Shown in pieces: positions 52,526-63,500 of a stretch of DNA of 64,000 bases. Position 1 is the first letter of the stretch; each line of letters begins with the position of its first letter. Both the position numbers and the translations under genes were made by a program. A model generated the notes under the pieces. That model saw only the letters and a list, made by a program, of their open reading frames with translations, ran no database searches and was not told where the DNA came from. The stretch spans positions 24,620 through 88,619 of the forward strand of contig JAZRUV010000008.1 of the NCBI GenBank assembly GCA_045652705.1. The letters are read 5' to 3'. Source of the DNA: Clostridia bacterium. Its GTDB lineage: Bacteria > Bacillota > Clostridia > TANB77 > CAG-465.

Positions 52526-54418
52526 TTGTCACTATCATTAATATTGAACTTAATATTAACTTTTGTCATATTAGCAATTGTTGTTGCTGGAATATATTAT
52601 GCCGCAACAAGCAAGAAAGACACAGATTCGGTTGATGAAGTTGAGCGTGAAAGACAACGTTATAGTATCAAAGGAATGACCGAATTTATAAAACATGAAT
52701 TTGATGAAATAACAAGAATGAATTTGTATGATCTTGCTCTTTCTGAAGATGAATTTGAAAGAAGAAAGAATACAAAATATGATTTAAAGAAAGCATTAAA
52801 AGGCGCTGGCTATGCTTCAGCAAACGACAAAAAGTATGTAAAAACTTTAATGTTCGACCTTTTAAGAAACCAATATAAAGTAACAGATAGAAACTTAAAT
52901 TATGCTATACCTTTTGATAATAAAGATAAAATGACAGCACAAGATAAGTTTGATATCTTACTTCACATGTATAAGAAAAAATACAAATCAAATGCTTTAA
53001 ATCAAATAATATCTAAATATAGATTAGATGAACCCAAGTTTGAATTTGACTCAGCGGTTCCTTCGTATGTTATAACACCTCAAGAAATTGAGCATATATA
53101 TGAAGAAGAACTAGCAGGAACAATTATAGATTTTGATGATAAACTAGAAATAGTAGTTCAAAGAATATATCAAGGATATAAAGGATTTAGTGTTATAGAT
53201 GATATACGTGACCAAAACATAGATGGTGTTTCAGGAGGAGTATCAGGTATACCACCGAGCTTCTTAGACCAAGTTGGTGATATGGAAGATTACCTTGACC
53301 AAACAGGAAAACTTAACATACCAATGTCTTATGACTCAATATGGATTTTCTATAAAGGTAAATCGATGTACTTATCTTTCCTATCATTTGGTAGTGAAGC
53401 GGAGCTAAGAAGAGTTTGTCAAAACATATACAAATTTAATAATCCTGGACAATTGTCTGAATCTGTTGGTTACAAAATCAACGAAATGAAAGATGGTTCC
53501 AGAATAGTTGTATTAAGACCAAACTTTGCAGAATCGTGGGCGTTCTTCGTAAGAAAATTTGCACCACCAACATTGATAGATACAGAACAATTATTAGTAC
53601 ATAAAAATAAAGAGCCAGTAATAGAGCTATTAAAATATTTAATAAGAGGAGCTCGTGTTACAGCAATAACAGGTGAACAAGGTTGCGGTAAAACTACACT
53701 TCTTATGGCTATAATGAAATATCTTTATCCAACAATAACGATGCGTGTTCAAGAAACTGCATTCGAACTTCACTTAAGAAAAATTTATCCTAGAAACAAC
53801 ATCTTGTCTTTAAGAGAAACCGATACAATAACAGGTCAAGAAGGTCTTGACGTTCAGAAAAAGACAGATGGTGGTGTTAACATCCTAGGAGAGGTTGCAA
53901 CTGATCCGGTTGCAGCTTGGATGATACAAATGGCGCAGGTTGCATCTAAATTTACATTATTTACACACCACGCAAAAACATTCCCTAACCTAATAACTGC
54001 ATTAAGAAACTCACTTTTAAAAATAGGTATGTTCAATAACGAAGATGTTGCAGAAGTACAGGTTGTAAATGTTATAAACTTTGACGTTCACCTAAAAAGA
54101 GGTGTTGACGGAACAAGATATATAGAAAGAATAACTGAATGTGTTCCAAAAGAGAAAGCATTTAAATACCATGAGGGATATAAAACAGCTAAAAGTATGG
54201 AACACAAATGGGAAGCTTTTATGGATAATGCTACCGAATATTTTAGACACATGACTCAAACTTCAAACTATGATTATCATAATATAGTAGAGTTTAAAGA
54301 CGGTGAATATGTATTTGTACATCAACTTTCCGAAGCTAACGTACAAGCTATGCGTGAAAACATGTCTGATGAAGATATCAAAGCTTTTGATAAATTCTTA
54401 GACACGGCTTGGGGGTGA
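52526..54418 (+). CDS. CpaF/TadA-family secretion ATPase with an N-terminal TM anchor
   Basis: Walker A ITGEQGCGKTTLL, RVQETAFEL (Asp-box position), GGVNILGEVAT (Walker B position) and FTHHAKT (His box). The N-terminus LILNLILTFVILAIVVAGIYY is hydrophobic. TTG start after AAGGAGG. Confidence 0.75.
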   Translation: MSLSLILNLILTFVILAIVVAGIYYAATSKKDTDSVDEVERERQRYSIKGMTEFIKHEFDEITRMNLYDLALSEDEFERRKNTKYDLKKALKGAGYASANDKKYVKTLMFDLLRNQYKVTDRNLNYAIPFDNKDKMTAQDKFDILLHMYKKKYKSNALNQIISKYRLDEPKFEFDSAVPSYVITPQEIEHIYEEELAGTIIDFDDKLEIVVQRIYQGYKGFSVIDDIRDQNIDGVSGGVSGIPPSFLDQVGDMEDYLDQTGKLNIPMSYDSIWIFYKGKSMYLSFLSFGSEAELRRVCQNIYKFNNPGQLSESVGYKINEMKDGSRIVVLRPNFAESWAFFVRKFAPPTLIDTEQLLVHKNKEPVIELLKYLIRGARVTAITGEQGCGKTTLLMAIMKYLYPTITMRVQETAFELHLRKIYPRNNILSLRETDTITGQEGLDVQKKTDGGVNILGEVATDPVAAWMIQMAQVASKFTLFTHHAKTFPNLITALRNSLLKIGMFNNEDVAEVQVVNVINFDVHLKRGVDGTRYIERITECVPKEKAFKYHEGYKTAKSMEHKWEAFMDNATEYFRHMTQTSNYDYHNIVEFKDGEYVFVHQLSEANVQAMRENMSDEDIKAFDKFLDTAWG

Positions 54419-54424
54419 GTATAG

Positions 54425-56494
54425 GTGGCAAGTAATATATGGTATATAGTTGGTGGAATGGTAGGATTTGCTTTTATAGGATTACTTGCTGTTATAATAT
54501 ACTACCAAGCTACCAAGAAAAAATATGCGGGTAATAAAAAGCTTTATCAAAAAGATCAAATAGTTGTAAAAAATAAAACAAGTATTAGAGATATTTTTGA
54601 TAGAATTTATCAAGTAGCATATTTAGCGCTTGTAAAAATCCCAATAATAAAACATTATACTAAAAAGACAAGACTTAAACTGGAAATGGTAAATGATTAT
54701 ACAGAGTATGAAATAAGAAAGAAAACAGGTTCAATAATGTTAGGCTCACTCTTATTTATATTTGCCGCGTTATTTGTTTTCTTGAATGTAGTTTCAGATT
54801 TATATATGGCAGCAGTAGTAACTCTGATGGTATTTGTAATAAATGATGTAATGATTAACTCAAGGGTTAATAAGGTTGCAGATAAAATAATGAGACAATT
54901 ACCAGAAGTGTTTACTGAAATAAGACACTCATTCCATGAACATGGTATGATAGAAGAAGCATTCAACGATGCTATTGAGGAACTTGAAGATAAAGAGATA
55001 ATGCCTCAAATAAGAAAAATACGTGATGCAATACTATCAGATAATCCTGAAGTTCAACTTGAAAAATACTATGACACAGCACCAAATAAATTCTTAAAAT
55101 TATTTGCAGGTGTATCTTATCTTACAATGGAACTTGGAGATAGAGAGGTAAATGGAGTGTCGGTATACTTGAAAAACTTAAACAATATATTAAATGATGT
55201 TTACCTTGAAATTCTAAAAAAAGATAAAATAAACTATATGTTTAGAAGCTTAACGGGAATAGCAATAGCACCAATATTCTTCATACAAATAGTAGAAAAT
55301 TGGGCTATATCTAACTTCCCAGCACTTATAAACTTCTATTCAAGTAGTTTTGGATTTATAGTACAAGCAGTACTCATGATATCAATATTCTTGGCATACT
55401 TCTTGCTTAAAGTAATAAGAGAAGATGCAAATGAGATTAAATTTGATAGAATAGTTACTCAAAAGTGGCAAGATAAGGCGTATAAAATACCTTTAGTTAA
55501 ATTTTTAGTAAATGGATTTATGCCAAGAGAACACACTAAAAAATACCAAATGCTTTCTGATAGGATAAAATCTACAAACTCATTCTTAACAATGCCATGG
55601 TTTTATATAAACAAGTTTATGTATGCAATAGTAGCATTTGTAGCGATGTTTGTTCTACTTATAAACATACATCTAATAGATTTAAATAGTATATATAACG
55701 ATATTAGTGAAGAGTTTATAGGGCTTGGAACGTTGTCTGCAGAAGATCAAAAAGCAGCAGAAGCAATGAATGCCAAGGATAAAGAGATTGTAGACAAATT
55801 GAAAGGTGAGCAAAAGGTAACTAAGGAAGATGTAAAAGCAGAATTAGAAAAACAACAAGGCGGTAAAGTTACAGATACGGACGTAGACAGAGTATTTGAA
55901 AAGATAGAAGGAGTTAAAAACAACTTCTTCAAATTTTGGGAAGTAATTATAGCACTTCTTGCAGCTTGGATAGCATACTTTATTCCAAATATAACGTTAT
56001 TTATTAAAAATAAAATAAGGGCTTTGGAAAAAGAAGATGAAGTAATGCAATTCCAGTCAATAATCTTAATGCTTATGTATATAGAGCGTATAGATGTACA
56101 GACAATACTAGAATGGCTTGAAAGATATTCTTATGCATACAAAGAGCCAATAGCAACAGCATTAAACAACTATGAAGCGGGAGCTTTAGAAGCTTTAGAA
56201 GATTTAAAAGATGCTGTACCACAAAAAGATTTTAAGCGTATAGTAGAAGCATTAATATCTGCCGTTGAAAGAATTCCTATTAAGGACGCTTTCGATGAGC
56301 TAGAAACAGAAAGAAGTTTCCAATACGAAAGAAGGAAAGATACCAATGAAAGAATCATACAAAAGAAAACATCTCTTGGAAAAACAATTGGATTTGCTCC
56401 TTTGATAATATTGGTAGCTGGATATTTTGTAGGACCATTGTTACTTGTAAGTATAATGCAACTTATGACTTACTTCAGTACAATGCAATTCTAA
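54425..56494 (+). CDS. Large polytopic membrane protein, candidate fused TadB/TadC-like platform
   Basis: 689 aa with at least 7 hydrophobic segments separated by large soluble helical regions. It directly follows the ATPase. The assignment rests on position and topology only. Confidence 0.45.
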   Translation: MASNIWYIVGGMVGFAFIGLLAVIIYYQATKKKYAGNKKLYQKDQIVVKNKTSIRDIFDRIYQVAYLALVKIPIIKHYTKKTRLKLEMVNDYTEYEIRKKTGSIMLGSLLFIFAALFVFLNVVSDLYMAAVVTLMVFVINDVMINSRVNKVADKIMRQLPEVFTEIRHSFHEHGMIEEAFNDAIEELEDKEIMPQIRKIRDAILSDNPEVQLEKYYDTAPNKFLKLFAGVSYLTMELGDREVNGVSVYLKNLNNILNDVYLEILKKDKINYMFRSLTGIAIAPIFFIQIVENWAISNFPALINFYSSSFGFIVQAVLMISIFLAYFLLKVIREDANEIKFDRIVTQKWQDKAYKIPLVKFLVNGFMPREHTKKYQMLSDRIKSTNSFLTMPWFYINKFMYAIVAFVAMFVLLINIHLIDLNSIYNDISEEFIGLGTLSAEDQKAAEAMNAKDKEIVDKLKGEQKVTKEDVKAELEKQQGGKVTDTDVDRVFEKIEGVKNNFFKFWEVIIALLAAWIAYFIPNITLFIKNKIRALEKEDEVMQFQSIILMLMYIERIDVQTILEWLERYSYAYKEPIATALNNYEAGALEALEDLKDAVPQKDFKRIVEALISAVERIPIKDAFDELETERSFQYERRKDTNERIIQKKTSLGKTIGFAPLIILVAGYFVGPLLLVSIMQLMTYFSTMQF

Positions 56495-56597
56495 ACAAGG
56501 TTAAAACGCATTAGGCGTTTAACATATATAATGGTTATATCACGTAAAGTGAATAACAATATATTATAATATATTATCTATAAAGGAGGTTAAAAAT

Positions 56598-57149
56598 ATG
56601 GATAATGCACAAAAAGCGATTATGATTGGTGTTGGACTTTTCATTACAATCATAATCATATCTGCAGTACTATTAATAACAAACCTAGGTACTGGTTTAA
56701 TAAGTAATGCTCAAGGACAATTGTCTAACATATCTAAATCATTACAAAACCAAGTAACAGCAGCATACGATGGAAAAACTATGACAGGTGCTGATGTTAT
56801 AGCAGCAGTTCAACAATATGAAAATTCTGAAATGTCTGTAACTATAAATAATGGTTCGCAAGATTACTATTCTGGAAAATATAAAGTACCTACAACAAGC
56901 CTTAGAGTAGAAAAAGAATTAGCTGCTGGCGTAACAGACGGTACAGCTATAGGAAGAGCAAGTTCACATCCAGGTGGCGTATATTTTGCTGGAACATTAA
57001 GCGAATTACAATCTTCCGACAAAACTAATGTTACTCAATTACAAGCAACAACTGGTGGTGGAGTAAGTGCTGTAAAAACATACTATAGCTCTATTGTAAA
57101 AGATGCAACAACAGATACAGTTATAGGAATTGTATTTATGCAAAAATAA
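56598..57149 (+). CDS. Candidate major filament subunit (183 aa) with a pilin-like N-terminal helix
   Basis: MDNAQKAIMIGVGLFITIIIISAVLLITNLGTGLISNAQGQ, then a T/S/G-rich globular part. It has the strongest RBS in the locus (AAAGGAGG) and its own terminator. Confidence 0.5.
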   Translation: MDNAQKAIMIGVGLFITIIIISAVLLITNLGTGLISNAQGQLSNISKSLQNQVTAAYDGKTMTGADVIAAVQQYENSEMSVTINNGSQDYYSGKYKVPTTSLRVEKELAAGVTDGTAIGRASSHPGGVYFAGTLSELQSSDKTNVTQLQATTGGGVSAVKTYYSSIVKDATTDTVIGIVFMQK

Positions 57150-57167
57150 TTTAAAAGTCCAAAACTT

Positions 57168-57199
57168 AAAAGGCATATAATTATGTTGTATGCCTTTTT
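57168..57199 (+). terminator. Terminator/attenuator after the candidate major subunit gene
   Basis: aaaaggcata / tatgcctttt 10-bp stem with an 11-nt loop; the T-run is in the 3' arm. Confidence 0.7.
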
Positions 57200-57331
57200 A
57201 AGTCTATTTTAAGATATGTTAAATTTTAGTTAAAAATTACTAATTATTTATATTAAATTAACAAATAAAAGAAGATTTTTGGGATTAGTTATAATCTTTT
57301 TCTACTTGTTAATTTATGAAAGGAGAAAGCT

Positions 57332-57778
57332 ATGGAAGACTTTAGTATTAGGGCGATAGTTATTGGTGTGTCGTTATTTGTAACAATGCTTACACTTACA
57401 GCTATTTTAATGTATTTTAATACCGCTAGAAGTATTGCAGATGAAGTTAATAAAAGAACAGATATAGCTAGCTCTTATGATTATATTATGAATGCTGATG
57501 TTGTTGATGATGAACTTACTGGGGTAGAAGTACGTTCTCTAATACATAAATATGCATCAAGTGACAGAGTAACAATCAATATAACTATAGTTAATAATGG
57601 CGTAAAAAAAGAATATAGAGATATAAATAATTCTTGGCTAAAAAAAATAAATGACAACGCATATTTAATAAGTGAAGTAGAGCTGGATAAGATAAATACA
57701 GCCTCAAAATACAATGTGAATAAAGTGGAAAACCAAGGCAGAACAATCCTAAATATCAATTCAATTGTGGAAGATTAA
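57332..57778 (+). CDS. Pilin-like protein (148 aa)
   Basis: MEDFSIRAIVIGVSLFVTMLTLTAILMYF shares the N-terminal signature A-I-x-I-G-V-x-L-F-x-T. Confidence 0.45.
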   Translation: MEDFSIRAIVIGVSLFVTMLTLTAILMYFNTARSIADEVNKRTDIASSYDYIMNADVVDDELTGVEVRSLIHKYASSDRVTINITIVNNGVKKEYRDINNSWLKKINDNAYLISEVELDKINTASKYNVNKVENQGRTILNINSIVED

Positions 57779-57790
57779 GGTGAGAAACAA

Positions 57791-59614
57791 ATGGAAGACA
57801 ATATACAAACAATTATTGTAGTTATAATATCTGCATTTCTTCTTTTTATATTTCCTGTATATATGGCTTATGAAAAGAAGGATGATATTTCTTACGCTCT
57901 TGCAATGAGATATACTCAAGACTTAGTAGATGAAGTAAGAAGTAAGGGTTATTTAACTAAAAATATGTATGAAGATTATAGGGCAAAGCTAAAGCTTACA
58001 GGTAATACCTATGATATCCAAATGACACACGAATATAACAGATATGACCCTATAACCAATTATTATAAAGTAGAAAATGAACAATATGTACTTGTAAAGA
58101 CAACCACTCACGAGGATAGAAAAATATATGAACATTCAGTATTAGAGGAAGGAATAGAATTAGGAAAGATTAACGAACAGTCCTCAGAAAAAGAGAAACA
58201 ACGTTATTTAGAAAGTGTATATAAACAAAATGGTATAGATAAGGTGGAAGAAACATATCAACTGTCTAAAGAGGTATATACATCAAATCACATAGTAAAT
58301 GTTTTAAACAGTGAAAGAAAATTACAACTTAATTCAACTTCAGATAATGTTAAGTGTAGTGATGTTTATGATGCAGATGATGGTTGTCAATATGCATACA
58401 TTATGAATGTTGACGACAACTTTAATATAACAATAAAAAATACAAATATAACTTTAGCAACAGTAATATACAATATGGTTACAGCAAATACTTTGGATGA
58501 TAACACGAGAATATATGTAAATTATGGTGGAGCAATTCTTGCAAATAAATGGTATGCAAATGTAGATTATGCTAAAATGAAACATGACAGTTTAAGTTTA
58601 AATAAGTTTACAGAAAAGATAATATTTACTCCAGAAAGACATTTTTACATTACAGTAGAAGGGGGGATTTATCCAACAACAAATAAAGCTGAGGATAATT
58701 CTCCAATAATAAATAGTTGTGATGGGCCATATGTATTAGACTTTGATGTAAAACCTCAAGAGGTAACAGAACTTAAAGAAAAGGGCGCAATTAGAACAGC
58801 GGATTATTCTAGATATAACTTTGCTATAGGAAATGATAAACAATATAACAATGAAAGTATGATGTCAGTAAGTGTTGGAATAAATGGTATTTCTTTAATA
58901 GTAAATGAAACAAAAAATTATAGGGTAAACACATCAAGTTTAGTAAATTTACCATCATATCAAAAGAAAATAGAAAAAACTCGTGTTGTCCAAGAAGAAT
59001 ATGTGTATATAGATGAACAAACGGGAGAAGAAAAAATAGGCTTAAGGGATAAGGTAGAAACATATTTTGAATATATTACAGAGCAAAGAAAAATAACGGA
59101 TTATTCTAAATTGGTATTAAATTATGTTTCAAAAGGAAAGATAAAAGTTACTCTTAGTGGAAAAAGTGGTGTGCCAGCTTTTGAAGAAAATATATTGGTT
59201 ATAGATGATAATAATTTGTTACAAGGGCTAAACAATATAGTAATACAAAATCCAATAGTTAATACATATACAGGAAATATAGGACAAGCAAGTAATAAAA
59301 GAGGAACTAACGTAAATTATAGTATAAATGTAACAGACACTACAATAGGAATTACTGCTGGAAAATATGTTTCGGAAGAACTTACAATTCTTTCATATCC
59401 ATTTACTATTAATGACTATGTAAATGTTAGAATAGAATTGGAACAAAATAAAAACAAAAATTATCAAGCAATACTTTTTGTTGATGATGAAAAAGTGGAT
59501 GAGAGTATTGAAATGGAAACACTTCCAAAGATTAGTGTAATAGGAAAAACATTTATAGGAAATGAAGAAAGATTTTTTGATGGGTATTTAAGAAACATAA
59601 AAATGTATAACTAA
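57791..59614 (+). CDS. Large pilin-like protein (607 aa) with a C-terminal LamG/ConA-like tail
   Basis: N-terminus MEDNIQTIIVVIISAFLLFIFPVYMAYEKKDDISY...VDEVRSKGYL...GNTYDIQ is paralogous to the N-terminus of the ORF at 60541. The C-terminal end FIGNEERFFDGYLRNIKMYN matches the LamG-type ending F.G.i..v.iYN. Confidence 0.5.
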   Translation: MEDNIQTIIVVIISAFLLFIFPVYMAYEKKDDISYALAMRYTQDLVDEVRSKGYLTKNMYEDYRAKLKLTGNTYDIQMTHEYNRYDPITNYYKVENEQYVLVKTTTHEDRKIYEHSVLEEGIELGKINEQSSEKEKQRYLESVYKQNGIDKVEETYQLSKEVYTSNHIVNVLNSERKLQLNSTSDNVKCSDVYDADDGCQYAYIMNVDDNFNITIKNTNITLATVIYNMVTANTLDDNTRIYVNYGGAILANKWYANVDYAKMKHDSLSLNKFTEKIIFTPERHFYITVEGGIYPTTNKAEDNSPIINSCDGPYVLDFDVKPQEVTELKEKGAIRTADYSRYNFAIGNDKQYNNESMMSVSVGINGISLIVNETKNYRVNTSSLVNLPSYQKKIEKTRVVQEEYVYIDEQTGEEKIGLRDKVETYFEYITEQRKITDYSKLVLNYVSKGKIKVTLSGKSGVPAFEENILVIDDNNLLQGLNNIVIQNPIVNTYTGNIGQASNKRGTNVNYSINVTDTTIGITAGKYVSEELTILSYPFTINDYVNVRIELEQNKNKNYQAILFVDDEKVDESIEMETLPKISVIGKTFIGNEERFFDGYLRNIKMYN

Positions 59615-59626
59615 GGTGGTGATTTT

Positions 59627-60067
59627 GTGGATGATATTACAACGAGGACAATTGTTATAGCAGTAAATATATTTATAACTATAACAATAGTGTCATTAGT
59701 AATTATAATGTTTTTTCAAATGCAAGAAATATATGGAATAGTCGCAACAACGGACACGTCAATATATAATAAATTTGACGATATATATTCTATGTATCAT
59801 GGAAAAGCTGAAACTGGTGTAGGCCTCTTAAATACACTTAAGAGATACGAGGAGCAACCAGACGATCAAGTTATAATAACTTATGACAATTACCAAGAAA
59901 TAAGAAGCAAATTAGGAGAAAATGAAAGAGAAGTAGTTAAAATTAAAGAATTAATGACAGAAGGAAAAGACTATAATTTTGAAGATAAATACAGTGTCAC
60001 CGTATCTGATGGTGAGGATGGGACTGTAATAATAGATTTTAATAGAACAGTGCAAGTTAAAAAATAG
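59627..60067 (+). CDS. Pilin-like protein (146 aa)
   Basis: MDDITTRTIVIAVNIFITITIVSLVIIMF. GTG start after AAGGTGG. Confidence 0.45.
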   Translation: MDDITTRTIVIAVNIFITITIVSLVIIMFFQMQEIYGIVATTDTSIYNKFDDIYSMYHGKAETGVGLLNTLKRYEEQPDDQVIITYDNYQEIRSKLGENEREVVKIKELMTEGKDYNFEDKYSVTVSDGEDGTVIIDFNRTVQVKK

Positions 60068-60088
60068 GTTTGAAAGGAGTATAAGCAT

Positions 60089-60523
60089 ATGGAGCAATCA
60101 GCATTTGAAGCTGTAATGACAGGTGTAAATGTATTTGTGTTTATTGTTGCACTTTCAGCGGCAATATTATTAATGTCAAATGTAATTGACATGGTTAATT
60201 TTGCAAATGAGAGAGCTATAACTGGTATGAATGGTACTATTGCTGAAAATGTAGGCGTAGTAAATGATAGAATTTATACTGGGGCTCAAATGCTTACATA
60301 TTATAAAAATCAAATGCAGAGACTTGAATCAGAAAGACAACCACTTGACTATGAATTTAATGTCCGATTAACTGAATTGGGAGATGAATATCCACTTGCA
60401 AGTTATGTACAAACAGAGAGTTTAGAAAACTATATAAACGAGGAGTTTATACTAGAGTACAAAGGTGAAATACAAGGTAAAAAAGTATATATATTTGCCT
60501 TAAGACAAGAAAGCGAAGTATAG
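60089..60523 (+). CDS. Pilin-like protein (144 aa)
   Basis: MEQSAFEAVMTGVNVFVFIVALSAAILLM. AAAGGAG RBS. Confidence 0.45.
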   Translation: MEQSAFEAVMTGVNVFVFIVALSAAILLMSNVIDMVNFANERAITGMNGTIAENVGVVNDRIYTGAQMLTYYKNQMQRLESERQPLDYEFNVRLTELGDEYPLASYVQTESLENYINEEFILEYKGEIQGKKVYIFALRQESEV

Positions 60524-60540
60524 AAAGGTAGAGTAAATGA

Positions 60541-63500
60541 ATGAAAGATAATATAAGCATTATATTTACTGCAATTATTGGTACATTTCTTATAGTACTA
60601 TTGCCATTATATAGCATATTAGATAGACAAGATAGCATGTCATATAATGTTGTTCTTACAGAGACTACAAAATTCGTAGATAATATAAGAAATAATGGTT
60701 TTGTGGATAAGGAAGCATATTACAATTATATATCTGCTTTAGCTAGTACTTCAAATACGTATAAAGTTACACTAGAGGCATATAGAAGAAAGCTAATACG
60801 CCAAACGGATGAATACGGTAATATTATTCCGGATCAATATGTAGAACAAATTGAATTATACAACACTAAAGATATCCTAGAGATATTAGAGGAGGAAAAT
60901 AAGCAAAATATAGACAATGCAAATATAAAAAATAATGTATACTTGTTTAACGAAAATGATGAAATATACGTCAAAGTATATAATACAAATATAACAGCTG
61001 GTAGTCTAATATATAATGTTATAGCGGGTGAATCAAATACTAAAATAATAAATGTAAGTTATGGTGGAATAGTAAATAGAGTTAATTGGGAATTATACGA
61101 TAGACTTCAATCAGAAACAAATCAAGTTCCGGAAGTTGTAATGTCAGTACCTGTTAATGGGGTAAATAATACAAACATAAAGAAATTAACAAAAAATGCA
61201 ATATTGGAAGATATAGACTGTTCAATAGAAAATTTAGACGAATATATTGGAGAAGTTAACATTCAAGAATTATGTGGTGACGAAATATATAGTCTAAGTG
61301 GAGAAGATTATACGTATTTGTATGATTTGGCTATAGAAGAGAACAGAACAATAAGAGTAGCATTAGAGTTAAGAAGATTTGATAGTATTAATACTGGAAG
61401 AAATAATGATGGTGAAGATATATACACTAAGATAGAGCAACTTGATAAATCGGATTTTGAAAATTCAAATAGTATTAGATCAAGTGTGGAATCATACATA
61501 ATAAATAATTTTATACGTCTTAACGGAATGTATGCAGACATTGATTTAAAATTAAGACAAGTTGGTGATTATTATGTCTTTGATATCATACTTACCAATG
61601 TAAGAATGTCAGAGCTTGATTATATTTCTAGTTTTGCCAGTATAACTATCTTACCAGGATTAGGTCAAGATAAAGATAATACGTTGTCGCTCGGTAATGA
61701 AACAGTAGAAATTGAATTAACAGATGCTACAGCGGTTAATGCGGTAACTATATCTATGCCACATATTTGGGATAAAATGATAAAAACAAAAAATCCAACA
61801 GATGCTAGAATATTAGATGGTACAGTTTATGCTAATGAAGATATAGCTTTCATTATATCTTATACAGGTATAAATAATCAAACAGATGAAGATATTATAG
61901 AGGCAATTAGGGAAAATCTAAAAATATATATAAATGAAGCTCAGTATTCAAATTTAGAACTGCTTACTGCAAAAGAATTGAATGACAATTATGGTATAAA
62001 TATAATGACTGATTCAGCAGGACATGTAATTGTAAAATTTAGATATACTGAAGCAAATAACAGTAGATATAACTATATAGAGTTATTAGATGGTTGGATA
62101 GCAACTAATATAGAAGATGTTGTAGACGCAGAACAAAATGAAGAATTATTATTATATGCTAATGGCTCGAGAAGTAGTGAATATGCAGTGTTGCTTGATG
62201 ATTTACCACCACTTGAACCTAGTATTGAACTTGAAGGGGTTGTTGGAGATAATGGATGGTTTACATCAAATGTAACGTTGAATTTGATCTCATCTACATC
62301 AGATACTGTAAGAAAGAGTATTGTGGTAGAGGATGATGATGGAAATAAAACAGTTATACAAAACGAACAACTTGGTGGAAGTGGCGTATATAAAAACACA
62401 GTATCTGTTGAAGGAGCAATTACTATAACAGAACAAGAAACAACAAAATTAAACCTTGAAACGGATGGAGTAAGTTATGCTATAGGCAGTGCGTATGATT
62501 ATGTAGGCAATAAGGTTCAAACTAGTAAAAAACAAATAAAAATAGATAAGACAAAACCTACTACACCTAAAATTGTATTATATGGTGATGAAGGTGAAAA
62601 CGGTTGGTATAAATCTAATGTTAAAATAGAAATAACTCCAGGAACTGATTATATAAGTGGAGTAGATAGGACTACATATACAATAGAAGGCGCAAATAAA
62701 TTAGGGGAGACAGAAGGAACTGCTTATACATTAACTAAAGAGGGGACTAGTACCGTAATAGCGACTACTTATGATAAAGCAGGTAATAAAACGGAAACTA
62801 AAGTAGATGTATATATAGATAAAACCATACCACCTGATGCAACAATTACTGTTATAGAAGGTAAGAAAAATAGCCCAGATAATGAATGGTATTGTTCTAA
62901 CGTTAAGTTAAAAATTAATGTAGATGCCACAGATTCAATATCTGGATTGGGAACATCTAGTTATAGAATAACAGGGAGTAGTGAAGTTCCTACAACAAAA
63001 TTTACCGGAGCAGAGAAGGAAATTATAATCGATACAAATGGTACTCATAATGTTACAGTATATACATATACTCAAGCCGGTAATTTTAAGGAAACAAAAT
63101 ATACAGTAAAGATAGATAAAGATGCGCCAAATGCACCAAGTGTGTCAATAAGTGGAACAAATGGGGAAAATGGTTGGCATACTTCTAATGTTGTAGTTAA
63201 TGTACAATCTAATGGAGACGTAGGAACATCTCAAGAAAAAATAATAACATATGAAATAACCAAAGATGGAATAACAGGAAATGAAATACAAATAGCTGGT
63301 GATGGAAAGATTAATTTGAATGAAGAAGGAGAATATTTACTAAAAATATATTCTAGGGATACTGCTTTAAATAAAGTTGTTGTGGAAAGAGCAGTAAAAA
63401 TAGACAAAACAAATCCTATTCCAGCAGATTTTGCAATAACAGGTAATACAGGTATAGATGATTGGTATATTTCTGACGTAAATATATCGTATACCGGCGG

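Noticed and set aside
60537-60551. ATG at 60537 as the start of the giant ORF
   Set aside because: That frame reads ATG AAT GAA AGA TAA and stops after 4 codons. The ATG at 60541 opens the frame that, in my hand translation, runs without a stop to the window end.
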